Notes under the pieces: model-generated | What the model saw: only the letters and a program-made list of their open reading frames with translations | Database searches by the model: none | What the model was told of the DNA's origin: nothing | Translations under genes and position numbers: made by a program | Shown here: positions 1 through 8,323 of the stretch, one piece after another | How the letters are laid out: each line of letters starts with the position of its first letter | How positions within the stretch are numbered: position 1 is the stretch's first letter | Virus record (IMG/VR): IMGVR_UViG_3300010052_000145 | Span: 1 to 26,375 of that record | Reading direction: 5' to 3' (one strand) | DNA: 26,375 nucleotides | Source of the DNA: a virus | Lineage: Duplodnaviria > Caudoviricetes

Positions 1-1020
1 CTAGCCAATTTCTGTTCTCTTCATGGTCTGCTTGGCCAGCCGGAGCCGGTTCGCTGCCTTGGTGTAGCGCTCAACTTCAGCCAAGGTCCGATGCCCCGTC
101 CAGGCCATGATCTGCTGCGACGAGGCCCCTTCTTCGGCAAGCTGCCGGGCCCGCGCTTTGCGCAGACCGTGCGCGCTGAAGCCGCGCGGCACCCCGGCCT
201 CGTCGCACCAGTCCCGGAATGTGTTGTAGAAGCCGTTCATCGTATACGCCGCGCCGGCCTCAGTTTGGAGGAACAGCATCTGGCCGGCCGGCAGGGCTGC
301 GATGCAAGCCGCCAATTCGTCGGTGACGGGGATCGTCATCTCTTCGCCCGTCTTGACCTGCCAGAAGTGCAGGGTGGTCCCGCCAGCGCGCAGGTGCTGG
401 CGCCCGAGCCGGATCGCGTCACTCTTCCGCTGCGCGGTCTGGATGATCACCTCAAGCGCCATCCGCTGCTTGGTGCCGACCGGCCATTTCGCGCGGTAGC
501 GCTCGATCACCTCATCCGGCCAATCGGGGTGGCCCTGCTTGCGTTCCGCCAGGCGCTGCCCGCCCGTCGCCGGATTGTCCGGTCGCCACTTGAGCGTCAC
601 GGCATGAGCGAACAGTGCACGGAGCAGGCGCAGAACATGGTTGGCAGCGGCAGGGGTCTCGGTCCGCTCGCTCACCAGGGCCTGGATGTTCTCTGTCGTT
701 GCGAGCCTGACCATGCGGGCGCCGTGCGCCGCGACAAGGCGCTTCAGGATGCGCCGCTGCACGGCCTGGGTGGACGCGGCGAGGTTGGTGAAGGCCGGCG
801 AGGTCAGCCACAACTGGCCGAGCTGCTCAAGGCTGCCGTCTTGCACGCGCTGAGGATGCTTTGGCTCTGTGGCGGCCAGCGCGTCGGCATAAGCCCTCGC
901 AAACGCCACTGACCCGATCGGGCCGGGCATGGCTACCTGCGGATAGCCAGGGCGGCGGAAGTAGATGCGCGGCTTGCCCCGGTTGTCCGTGTAGCTCCGG
1001 ACGTAGCGGAGCCGCGCCAT
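1..1020 (-). CDS. int: Tyrosine recombinase / phage integrase (339 aa)
   Basis: Catalytic set present: QRKSD (R), QVKTG (K), HGLRK (HxxR), GHRT (H), RYT (Y). N-terminal arm-binding-like segment YVRSYTDNRGKPRIYFRR. ATG at 1020 lies just after the xis stop. Confidence 0.95.
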   Translation of the reverse strand: MARLRYVRSYTDNRGKPRIYFRRPGYPQVAMPGPIGSVAFARAYADALAATEPKHPQRVQDGSLEQLGQLWLTSPAFTNLAASTQAVQRRILKRLVAAHGARMVRLATTENIQALVSERTETPAAANHVLRLLRALFAHAVTLKWRPDNPATGGQRLAERKQGHPDWPDEVIERYRAKWPVGTKQRMALEVIIQTAQRKSDAIRLGRQHLRAGGTTLHFWQVKTGEEMTIPVTDELAACIAALPAGQMLFLQTEAGAAYTMNGFYNTFRDWCDEAGVPRGFSAHGLRKARARQLAEEGASSQQIMAWTGHRTLAEVERYTKAANRLRLAKQTMKRTEIG

Positions 1021-1025
1021 CGTGG

Positions 1026-1307
1026 TCACCAGCCGGTTGCTTGTGCCGGCGCAGCCTGACGCCACGACGCGCAGGCGTCCAGCCAATTGACGGGCGGGCG
1101 GGTGCCGGCCAGGACCGCGAGGTAGAGGTCCAGGTCGTCCCGGAGCCAGACGCGCTGGCGCGGGGTAGGCTGGACCGGCTGCGGCGCCTTGCCGGCCGCC
1201 ACGGCCGCCAGGAAGGCGTGCTCGCCCAGCCCGAGGTAGAAGGCTGCCGCCGAGGCGTTCATCGCCGCTGGCGTGAAGGCGTAGCGCGGGGCGGCTCCGT
1301 CAGGCAT
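1026..1307 (-). CDS. xis: Excisionase / AlpA-like winged-HTH protein (93 aa)
   Basis: AAAFYLGLGE...GKAPQPV...RVWLRDDLD pattern; directly upstream of int; ATG 1307 overlaps the upstream stop (ATGCCTGA). Confidence 0.8.
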   Translation of the reverse strand: MPDGAAPRYAFTPAAMNASAAAFYLGLGEHAFLAAVAAGKAPQPVQPTPRQRVWLRDDLDLYLAVLAGTRPPVNWLDACASWRQAAPAQATGW

Positions 1308-1575
1308 CGCGCGCCTCGAAATGGGTGCCGCGCCAGCCGCAGCGGCCATCGAATGCGCGGGCGTATCTGCAATCCTCGGGTGGACCCAGTGTCGAGGATC
1401 CTCGCACCGGATCCCGCCTATTTCCGCGGACGGGCGGAGCGAGGCATTCGTCGCGCGGCAGGCCGAGCAGGCGCTGCAGCAGGGATGGGGCTTTGTGGTG
1501 ACGGCATGCGGTGCAGGGCCGGGTGATGTCGGGCGCAACAAGCGCGGGCGGCCAGGGTGGGGGCGTGCTACGCAT
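1300..1575 (-). CDS. Hypothetical Cys-containing phage protein (91 aa)
   Basis: SD GAGGG before ATG; CxxC plus three further Cys; stop overlaps the xis start. Confidence 0.6.
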   Translation of the reverse strand: MRSTPPPWPPALVAPDITRPCTACRHHKAPSLLQRLLGLPRDECLAPPVRGNRRDPVRGSSTLGPPEDCRYARAFDGRCGWRGTHFEARDA

Positions 1576-1696
1576 CGTCGTCCCTCGTCAGGCGGATGCT
1601 GATGATGGTCGGGCGCCACGCCGCGGCCCATGCGATGCCGGACGTGACGCCGAACAGGTAGGCGCCGAGCGCGATCCAGGGCCAGAGGTCAGGCAT
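1568..1696 (-). CDS. Small membrane protein (42 aa, MPDLWPWIALGAYLFGVTSGIAWAAAWRPTIISIRLTRDDDA)
   Basis: Translated by hand (not in the ORF track); SD GGAGG; one hydrophobic helix; overlaps both neighbours by 8 nt. Confidence 0.6.
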   Translation of the reverse strand: MPDLWPWIALGAYLFGVTSGIAWAAAWRPTIISIRLTRDDDA

Positions 1697-1961
1697 CGCG
1701 CCCCTCCCGCGCGGCCCGGGCAGCAAGACCTATCTTGCCGTAGCCGTAGCTCGCACCCGGTGTGCCAGGGGCGGGCATTTCAGCCCCCTGCAGCCGGCGG
1801 CATTTAATCGCCTCGTCCTCGATCTCCGCCAGCGCCGCGCGGAGGCGGGTGATCTCGGCGGCGCCTTCGTGGCGTAGATCGCGCAGCTCGCATTCGGCAT
1901 AGACGCCGGTCGGCGTCTGCAGCCTCTCCACGATGTCCGGCGGCGCGTGCGCGTCAGGCAT
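1689..1961 (-). CDS. Hypothetical phage protein (DIVERL...AAEITRLR type, 90 aa)
   Basis: ATG 1961 overlaps the upstream stop; common phage early-gene motif. Confidence 0.65.
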   Translation of the reverse strand: MPDAHAPPDIVERLQTPTGVYAECELRDLRHEGAAEITRLRAALAEIEDEAIKCRRLQGAEMPAPGTPGASYGYGKIGLAARAAREGRDA

Positions 1962-2295
1962 TGGCGATCTCCAGCAGCACGGCCGCGTGGCAGCAGTCCG
2001 GATCGTACCCCTCTGGCAATTCGCACCAGCAGGCGAGGTTCTTACCGCGCAGTTCGGCTTGAGCTGCGGCGACCAGCGCGGCGTTGAGCGGGGCATGCGC
2101 CTGGTAGAGGCGCCAGGCGTGGCGACGATCCTGCACCTTCCGTCCGGGGATCATTGGGTTGTCCCGGCCCGGGATGAAGATGTTCCCCCACTTCGTGGTG
2201 CGATCCACCTTCACGGTGTTCTCCGGCATCCGCCATCCCTTGAGCCGGCGGAGCTGGACTCGCTTCGGCTTCGTCCTCGCGCGCGCGTCACTCAT
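1954..2295 (-). CDS. DUF4326-family protein (113 aa)
   Basis: RVQLRRLKGWRMPENTVKVDRTTKWGN...ELRGKNLACWC...CHAAVLLEIAN signature; ATGA coupling. Confidence 0.85.
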   Translation of the reverse strand: MSDARARTKPKRVQLRRLKGWRMPENTVKVDRTTKWGNIFIPGRDNPMIPGRKVQDRRHAWRLYQAHAPLNAALVAAAQAELRGKNLACWCELPEGYDPDCCHAAVLLEIANA

Positions 2296-2726
2296 GCCCC
2301 GCCTCCGTCTGCGGGTGGCGCGGGGAGCGGGCGCCAGTGCGTGGGTGGATGCTCTGCGGTGAATCCGCCGTCCCACGACAGCCAATACGGGTCGCAGTAC
2401 TCGTATTCGGGGCACCTGCACTCGCCGCCGCAATCCCCGATCTGCGTCCTGCACTCCTCATCCGTGGTCCAGCGTCCCACAGTGACCCTGGCCTCCATCA
2501 GGGCGTCGTTGAACATGACTGATGGCGCGTAGAGAACGATGTCAGTCCCATCCTTCGGCGCCGTCTCGATCGGCTGCCACGCGATCTCCTCCACCGACAC
2601 GACCGCGAGGCCGTGGCGCGCGAGGATGGCGCGGAGGACTTGCGCTTCCTCCGACCATGTCTTTTTCGACGTCCCTGCGTACGCCAATTGGCGCAGCGCC
2701 TCGGCCAGCGGATCGCGGTCAGGCAT
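2292..2726 (-). CDS. DUF551-like domain protein (144 aa)
   Basis: WQPIETAPKDGT...PTHWRPLPAPP signature. Confidence 0.8.
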   Translation of the reverse strand: MPDRDPLAEALRQLAYAGTSKKTWSEEAQVLRAILARHGLAVVSVEEIAWQPIETAPKDGTDIVLYAPSVMFNDALMEARVTVGRWTTDEECRTQIGDCGGECRCPEYEYCDPYWLSWDGGFTAEHPPTHWRPLPAPPADGGGA

Positions 2727-2730
2727 TGCG

Positions 2731-3036
2731 TCATTCCCCATCTTCGCCGAGCCCCCATTCCTCGATCGGGCCATCCGTCTCAGTGACCATGCCGAGATAC
2801 ATCTCATCCCGGACGATCTGCACCACGCGGCAGGGCGGGAGCTTGGTGGCCTTGGCGAGTTCGCCGACCGTGACCGATGCGTACCAAGGCCGGTCGCTGT
2901 CCAGATGGCGGGTGATGAGGCGCCGCAGCTGCTGCTGCACGTAGCGCATCTCGATGGCGCGCGGATCGGTGATCGGCCTGCCGAGGCGATCCGAGTAGCG
3001 GCGCTTGGTGATGACGCGTTGTGTGTCAGCCTGCAT
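2731..3036 (-). CDS. Hypothetical protein, possible winged-HTH (101 aa)
   Basis: SD GGAGG; helix-turn-helix-like segment VTVGELAKATKLPPCRVVQIV. Confidence 0.6.
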   Translation of the reverse strand: MQADTQRVITKRRYSDRLGRPITDPRAIEMRYVQQQLRRLITRHLDSDRPWYASVTVGELAKATKLPPCRVVQIVRDEMYLGMVTETDGPIEEWGLGEDGE

Positions 3037-3439
3037 CGCGCGCCTCCCTTGCCTTGAGCGCAGCGGCGCAGAGCGCGAGCGCGGGGGTGGCGGCGAAGCC
3101 GCTGCATGTATCGCGTGGCGCGCGCCTCGTCGGCGGCCAGGTGTGCGCAATCGCCTTGTCGCCGGGCTCATGCCAGAACTCGCGCCCCCACCCCTCAGGC
3201 ACGAGCGACAGAGCCGCGTCGAGCGAGGCGGTGTAGGCGGGCGCGATGATCCGCCCCTTCCGCTCCTGCGACGCCAGGAAGCGCAGCGTTGCCTCTCGCG
3301 GCAGGACAAGCGAGCCGCCATCGTTGGGGCGCTCGTCGAACGCCATGACCCAGCCGATTTCCTCCGCGATGTCGCGGTCTAACTCGCGATCCGGCGCATC
3401 CGCGCGCTCGACCCGCGCGATGAGGTCAGCGAGGGTCAT
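3026..3439 (-). CDS. Conserved phage early protein, possibly ABA-sandwich-like (137 aa)
   Basis: Motifs DRELDRDIA...PAYTASLDAALSLVPEGW...TPALALCAAAL; SD GGAGG. Confidence 0.7.
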   Translation of the reverse strand: MTLADLIARVERADAPDRELDRDIAEEIGWVMAFDERPNDGGSLVLPREATLRFLASQERKGRIIAPAYTASLDAALSLVPEGWGREFWHEPGDKAIAHTWPPTRRAPRDTCSGFAATPALALCAAALKAREARDAG

Positions 3440-3665
3440 GGCGCGCGGCCTCCTCTACTGCGGTGGCGAGGGTGCGCGTGCTGTGCGGCCCTCTTGGATA
3501 GGGGCGGTCCATCAGGACATCGACGGCCGGCAGCGCGCGCAGGAAGGTGGCGACGCACTCCGCCGCCAGATCCTCGGCATCCCCGAGCAACTCGCCCGCG
3601 GCGGCACTGCCTTCCAGCGATTGCGCCGCCGCCCGCAGCGCGTCACGGATGGGCTTACTCTCCAC
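3426..3665 (-). CDS. Hypothetical protein (79 aa)
   Basis: GTG at 3665 with SD AAGGAG; overlaps both neighbours. Confidence 0.55.
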   Translation of the reverse strand: MESKPIRDALRAAAQSLEGSAAAGELLGDAEDLAAECVATFLRALPAVDVLMDRPYPRGPHSTRTLATAVEEAARHDPR

Positions 3666-4113
3666 GGCGCGGCTCCTTCTGCGCGAGCGCTCGGATGGCG
3701 GCGGCGATGCGAAGATCGCGCCCGAACACCTGTGCCGCCGAGAGAGGGCAGGGACCGTTATCAATCGGCCAGAAACAGAGCAGCGCCGCCGCCTGATCCA
3801 GCGCCAGCGCCCGCGCTTCCTTCATCTCGGCAGCAGCCTCTGACGCGTGCTTCTCCCGCTCCGCCTGCACGGCGGCGGCGACCTCGGCGGGGGTGAGGCA
3901 GGGGCCGAGGTAGCGAAGGCACCGATGCGTGACATAGGATTTCGGAGTGTCCGTTAGGACGCTTCCCTCCCACCAGCCCTTCAGTTCACCGTTCCATGTG
4001 GCATGCCATTCAAGAACGATGCGCCCACCAGCTTCATATTCGAGCCAATGCCACCCATCCTCTTCCGGGTTCTCGGGCCTGCCGTCCCACGGTGTTGCGG
4101 CCGCGTCAGTCAT
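3655..4113 (-). CDS. Hypothetical phage protein (152 aa)
   Basis: SD GGAGG; Trp-rich N-terminal domain (WDGRPENPEEDGWHWL...YLGPC). Confidence 0.7.
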   Translation of the reverse strand: MTDAAATPWDGRPENPEEDGWHWLEYEAGGRIVLEWHATWNGELKGWWEGSVLTDTPKSYVTHRCLRYLGPCLTPAEVAAAVQAEREKHASEAAAEMKEARALALDQAAALLCFWPIDNGPCPLSAAQVFGRDLRIAAAIRALAQKEPRRGE

Positions 4114-4552
4114 GGCGCGGGGCCTCCGCCGGGGCGAGCGCGGCGCGAGTGGCGTCAGCGAGGCGCGCTGCTTGATCGAAGTCCGCCAGCCACTCGACGG
4201 CAGTCATGGGCTCGTCACCATCCTCTTCGATGGCGATTTCCATGAAGCGTCGCAGGTTCCCGCCGTTGCGCGCCGCAGCCCGCGCCGCATCCCGCTCGGC
4301 CTCGGCGCGCATAGCGCGCTGGCCGGCCTTGAGGCTCTCATCTTCCGCGCGCTCGGCGTCAGCAGACGCCGCCTCGGCGCGAGCGAGCAGCCGACCGTTC
4401 TCGGCAGCAAGCTTCGACAGCACGTCCGACACCTCGCGATGCGCACGTAACGGCGAACCACGATAGTCAGCCGCCAGCCGCCGCGCTTGGCCCGCCAGCG
4501 CATCCAGGTGCTCACGGGTCAGAGGCACGGCCTCGCGTGTGGTGGCGGTCAT
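4106..4552 (-). CDS. Hypothetical coiled-coil phage protein (148 aa)
   Basis: ATGA coupling at 4549-4552; Ala/Glu/Arg heptad-like segment (RAEAERDAARA). Confidence 0.65.
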   Translation of the reverse strand: MTATTREAVPLTREHLDALAGQARRLAADYRGSPLRAHREVSDVLSKLAAENGRLLARAEAASADAERAEDESLKAGQRAMRAEAERDAARAAARNGGNLRRFMEIAIEEDGDEPMTAVEWLADFDQAARLADATRAALAPAEAPRHD

Positions 4553-4749
4553 GCGCGCCGCCTCAGAACGGCGAGCGCCCGCGTCAGATCCATGCTGGCG
4601 CGTCGCAAGGCGCCGCTCTCGCGAGGGGTGCCGATGGAGTACGTACGGCCGAAAGCCTCGTATGTGCCTTGCGCTTTCCGCCACTTCGCCACGCGAGACA
4701 GGAAGCGCTTCGCCTCTTCCTCCGCGGCCTTGATCTTGTCGGTCGTCAT
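4549..4749 (-). CDS. Small phage protein (66 aa)
   Basis: EAKRFL...SGALRRASMDLTRALA motif; ATGA coupling at both ends. Confidence 0.7.
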   Translation of the reverse strand: MTTDKIKAAEEEAKRFLSRVAKWRKAQGTYEAFGRTYSIGTPRESGALRRASMDLTRALAVLRRRA

Positions 4750-4964
4750 GCGCGGGTCTCCTGCAAGTGCGCCAGCCCCATGGACCGCAGGAACCGCGCG
4801 TGCTCGCCCTTCGCCCGCTCGGGCTCCGCCTCCGCGCGATACGCCTGCTCGATCGCATGCCGCAGCGCACCCTTGGTATCCATGTCGTACCAGCCGACGA
4901 CGCCCCATGCCTTCGCCGTCAGTTGCAGGCGGCGAACGGTGTCCTCCTCGACGCGGACCTTCAT
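4746..4964 (-). CDS. Hypothetical protein (72 aa)
   Basis: ATGA coupling to the recT stop and to the downstream gene. Confidence 0.6.
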   Translation of the reverse strand: MKVRVEEDTVRRLQLTAKAWGVVGWYDMDTKGALRHAIEQAYRAEAEPERAKGEHARFLRSMGLAHLQETRA

Positions 4965-5791
4965 TCCGACGCGCTCCCGTCGAGCGTGGGCATGTCCGTC
5001 ATGTCCACGGCCTCGCCCTCAAGCGCCATCGGCTCGCCAGTCGGCGCGGCCGGCGGTTCCTCGTCGCGGCGCAGCAGCGATTCCATCGGCGCCGCGTCCA
5101 TCGGCAGGTACTTCGCCAGGCGCCGCAGCACGGTCTTCCGCGCCATCTGGTCCCACCACTGGACCCACGGGCCGTTGCCCTTGGAGCGGCTGACGTTCCG
5201 CACCTTCTCGATCTCGGCCTTGCTCATCACCTCGGCCATCACGCTGCCGTCCTTCAGGCGCGCGATCGCATAGGCGCCGATCGGATTGCCGCGATCCACG
5301 GTCAGCGCGGGCGCCGAGTGCTCGACGGGCTTCTCCGGATCGGACGGGCGCCACACGAAGTCGTCCTTCTCGTAGACGACCTGCACGACCAGGGAGGCGA
5401 TCTCGCCGCTGTTCCGCGCCCGCTTCAGCACGCCGGCGATCATCGGCATGTACTGGACCTTGCCGCCCATCAGCACCAAGGCGGCCTCTCGCCCATCCGG
5501 AACCAGGCCATCCGCGGCGCACTTCACGCAGGCGCCAAGCAGCGACCGACGATCGGCGTTCAGCAGATCCGGCGCCATGTTCGCTGCCGTGATCACCACG
5601 TTCCGGAACTTCTCCGGGCTGACCGTGGAGGGGAGATTTTGCGCGATCTCCGGCAGGTTCGCGAGCTGGCGCCGCAGCACGTCGATGGGCCGCGCCGGGC
5701 GCGCCTCGGCCACCGCGCCGCCGCGCAGTTCGGTCAGCGACCGGCCGGGGCCGTCCTGCTCGCTATTGGTCGGGTTCAGTACCGCGCTCAT
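4961..5791 (-). CDS. recT: RecT-family single-strand annealing recombinase (276 aa)
   Basis: SLLGACVKCAADGLVPDG-REAALV...GAYAIARLKDG...PWVQWWDQMARKTVLRRLAKYLP; SD GGAGG; adjacent to an exonuclease gene. Confidence 0.93.
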   Translation of the reverse strand: MSAVLNPTNSEQDGPGRSLTELRGGAVAEARPARPIDVLRRQLANLPEIAQNLPSTVSPEKFRNVVITAANMAPDLLNADRRSLLGACVKCAADGLVPDGREAALVLMGGKVQYMPMIAGVLKRARNSGEIASLVVQVVYEKDDFVWRPSDPEKPVEHSAPALTVDRGNPIGAYAIARLKDGSVMAEVMSKAEIEKVRNVSRSKGNGPWVQWWDQMARKTVLRRLAKYLPMDAAPMESLLRRDEEPPAAPTGEPMALEGEAVDMTDMPTLDGSASE

Positions 5792-6603
5792 GCGTCCTCC
5801 ATCACTTGCTCGCCCAGCGCCCACACGGGCAGGTGCAGCGTCTCGATACGGTTGGGATATCCAGGCCACTCGCCGCGCCGCTCGCATTCGAGGTAGCGGT
5901 CAAGCGCCTCGCGGACTTGCGCGCGGCCGGCTTCGACGGCCTCGGCCGGCATCTCGTAGACGGCGATCAGGTGCGGCGATTCCTTCTCCACCGCGATGAA
6001 CACGAACGCCTCTGGCCGGAACCCGCCCGGCGCGGCGGCCAGGCCGTCGCGATACCAAGCGTCCTGCCAGTGCATCCGGAGGTCGGCGGCTTGGCGTGCG
6101 AACTTCCACGGCCCCGCGTCGGTCGTGGTCTTCACATCGAGGACCAGCCGCATGTCGCGCCGCACGCCGTCCATCCGGGCCCGGCACGGCGCGCCAGTGA
6201 TCGGGTCCTCCCAGATCACCGCCGTCTCCGTGGTCAGCCCAGGCGCCAGCAGCTCGCGCGCGATCGGATGGCGCTGCACCGCATCGCGGATGACCGCGAG
6301 CTTGTCGTATTCGCTCCGCTTGATGAGGATCCTGCCGGCGCTCGCCGCCTCGGCCTCTTCTTCCTGCCACGCTTTCGTGCCGCGCCGGTCGAGGTCCGTG
6401 GCCTGATAGCGCGCGTCGAACGACCACGCCTCCAGCACCGCCGAATGGATCACTCGACCGGCGCGCATCGCCTCGGTATCGGGCCGCGCGACATGCGCCA
6501 GCGCCGGCACCTTGGCGAACCGCTTGAGGACGCTGCAGGACACGGCCGGGACGGCGCGGTAGTCCTCGTCGCTCATGTCGGGGTAGACGCCCGGCGCGCT
6601 CAC
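5788..6603 (-). CDS. RecE/ExoVIII-like PD-(D/E)xK exonuclease, DUF3799-type (271 aa)
   Basis: GVYPDMSDEDY...GRVIHSAVLE...CRARMD...DVKTT...QDAWY...FVFIAVEKESP...EWPGY; GTGA coupling. Confidence 0.9.
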   Translation of the reverse strand: MSAPGVYPDMSDEDYRAVPAVSCSVLKRFAKVPALAHVARPDTEAMRAGRVIHSAVLEAWSFDARYQATDLDRRGTKAWQEEEAEAASAGRILIKRSEYDKLAVIRDAVQRHPIARELLAPGLTTETAVIWEDPITGAPCRARMDGVRRDMRLVLDVKTTTDAGPWKFARQAADLRMHWQDAWYRDGLAAAPGGFRPEAFVFIAVEKESPHLIAVYEMPAEAVEAGRAQVREALDRYLECERRGEWPGYPNRIETLHLPVWALGEQVMEDA

Positions 6604-6785
6604 CGCACGCCTCCCAGCACCATCGCGACGGCGGCCGGCAGGCCGAGCCACGCGGCGATATACATAGCGCCGATCGCGGCGAACGGCGTCAGCGCCCAGG
6701 CCACGAGCATGGAGACGTTGAAGCGCGCCATGTCGCTCGGCTCCTGCCGCGGCTCGCGGCGCACGAGGAACGAGAGCGCGCGCAT
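6600..6785 (-). CDS. Small membrane protein (61 aa)
   Basis: TGATG overlap at the start; long hydrophobic C-terminal half. Confidence 0.6.
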   Translation of the reverse strand: MRALSFLVRREPRQEPSDMARFNVSMLVAWALTPFAAIGAMYIAAWLGLPAAVAMVLGGVR

Positions 6786-7105
6786 CAATCGTCCCCCGCG
6801 TGCACGTAGAGCGCGGCGAACACGGCCCAGGAGATGCGAGCCCAAAGTTCATCGTTGGTTTCGCGGCGGTCGTACCGCACGCGACACATACGGAACGACA
6901 TTACCCAATCGCGGGGCAGCAGGCGGACGGCAAAGCCGTAGGCCCAATGCCCTGGAAGCTTCGCGGCCATCTGCAAGGCCCAAGCCTGCGACACCTGGGC
7001 ACTGTCGCCGTTTGCAACCTCTACGAAGGCCGCGATCGCCACCGGGTGCGCCCCTTTCCGGATTAACTGCCGCACGGTGAGCGTGCGTGTCTTTTCCTCC
7101 GCCAT
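6785..7105 (-). CDS. Hypothetical protein (106 aa)
   Basis: TGATG overlaps at both ends. Confidence 0.6.
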   Translation of the reverse strand: MAEEKTRTLTVRQLIRKGAHPVAIAAFVEVANGDSAQVSQAWALQMAAKLPGHWAYGFAVRLLPRDWVMSFRMCRVRYDRRETNDELWARISWAVFAALYVHAGDD

Positions 7106-7266
7106 CACACCCACCCCTTCATCGCCTCGCCGAGCACGGCGACGGACCACCACAGATGCCGGATTGCTGCGGCCACGAGCTGCGTGCCGGCCGCGAAATC
7201 CCAGGCGGCCAGCGCGGCCGCCGGGGTCAGCACAAGCGCGATGTGGCGCACGTCGCGGGCGGTCAT
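7105..7266 (-). CDS. Small hydrophobic protein (53 aa)
   Basis: ATGA coupling to the upstream stop; hydrophobic sequence. Confidence 0.55.
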   Translation of the reverse strand: MTARDVRHIALVLTPAAALAAWDFAAGTQLVAAAIRHLWWSVAVLGEAMKGWV

Positions 7267-8024
7267 ATCCGGCACACCCTGCACTGCATGTCCGCGATCG
7301 GATCGCGGCGCGGCTTCGGCACGCGGCCGGCCTCGAACTCGGCCTTGAGGCCGTCGAGCGACGCCGGCCACGTGTCCCGCCCCGGCGAGCGGAACGTGTG
7401 GCCGATCGCCCGCTCTTGCGCCGCGGCTTCCTCGAACACGTCGGGATGCTCGCGCCAGAGGTCGTGCCACTCGTGCAGGCGCTGGAAGAAGCACCTTCCG
7501 CAATCCGTGCGCTTCGGGATGGTGACGCCCCGCTCCGCCAGGTAGCCGAGCACGTCGCCCAGGCCCCACCCCCACTCGCGCATAGGGAAGACAGCCTCGA
7601 CGCCGGGCACCTTGCTGTAGTCCCCGCCCTCGCGCGCTTCCTCATCAGCTCGCAGGCCGACGTAGGAGATGACGCGGTAGTACCGGGCCGATTGCTGAGA
7701 CAGCCACGCCGCGTAGGGCTCGATCTTCAGCATCCGGGTGCACCAGCGCTGCCGCCAATTCGGCAATGCGCTCTGGTCGGTGATCAGGCCGTTCAGCCCG
7801 CGGCGATGCATGATCGGCAGCAGCGGCGAGCCCAGCAGATCGGCCAATTTGCGCCAGTGCGCGAACATTTCCGGCAGCTCATCGCCGGTCGGCGTGCAGG
7901 CGTAGGTGTAGCGCGTTGCGGGGTTCATCTCCTTCAGCCGTAGCGCCATGGCTGTGCTGTCCTTGCCGCCCGAGAGCGCGACGACGTGCAGCGTCGTCGC
8001 GAAGAGGTCCGTCTGCGCCTCCAT
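7263..8024 (-). CDS. PAPS-reductase-family PP-loop protein, probably Fe-S binding (253 aa)
   Basis: PP-loop VVALSGGKDS; RWCT, GLRADE, FPM, DCGRCFFQ and terminal CRVC; SD GGAGGT. Confidence 0.88.
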   Translation of the reverse strand: MEAQTDLFATTLHVVALSGGKDSTAMALRLKEMNPATRYTYACTPTGDELPEMFAHWRKLADLLGSPLLPIMHRRGLNGLITDQSALPNWRQRWCTRMLKIEPYAAWLSQQSARYYRVISYVGLRADEEAREGGDYSKVPGVEAVFPMREWGWGLGDVLGYLAERGVTIPKRTDCGRCFFQRLHEWHDLWREHPDVFEEAAAQERAIGHTFRSPGRDTWPASLDGLKAEFEAGRVPKPRRDPIADMQCRVCRI

Positions 8025-8323
8025 CACCGCACCTCCGGCCGCGCTGCGTCCTCGGACGCGCGGAACAGCAGGTCGCCCCACAGATCCAGCGTCGCGCGGT
8101 CGATGTGCACCAGCGTGTGGGATGACCCGAACGCGGCGCCGAAATTGGTCGTGGAAATCTTGACCGTGATCGCATCCGGCGCGTGCTGCATCACCGACAT
8201 GATGCAATGCTCCGGCCCCGCCTCGCGGCGCTCCAGCAGCCGCACGGGCTCTGGCTCCAGCATGACGTCCGGGCGGGACTCCTCCGGCGTCGTGTTGCGG
8301 AAATTGTCGCGGAAGCCGTCCAT
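8024..8323 (-). CDS. Hypothetical protein (99 aa)
   Basis: SD GGAGG; TGATG overlaps at both ends. Confidence 0.65.
   Translation of the reverse strand: MDGFRDNFRNTTPEESRPDVMLEPEPVRLLERREAGPEHCIMSVMQHAPDAITVKISTTNFGAAFGSSHTLVHIDRATLDLWGDLLFRASEDAARPEVR

Noticed and set aside
1-60. att site or tRNA target
   Set aside because: The window begins at the integrase stop, so any att core lies outside it; no tRNA was recognised.
1021-1086. N-terminal extensions given by the ORF track (int shown here; many others)
   Set aside because: They overlap upstream genes; internal starts with SD or stop/start coupling fit better.
4487-7943. Long plus-strand ORFs (469, 424 and 288 aa)
   Set aside because: Antisense to recT, the exonuclease and the PP-loop gene; Arg/Pro/Ala-rich and lacking motifs.
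7263-8024. Call as cysH or as a Dnd/Ssp defence system
   Set aside because: No ECGLH motif and no partner genes in the window.
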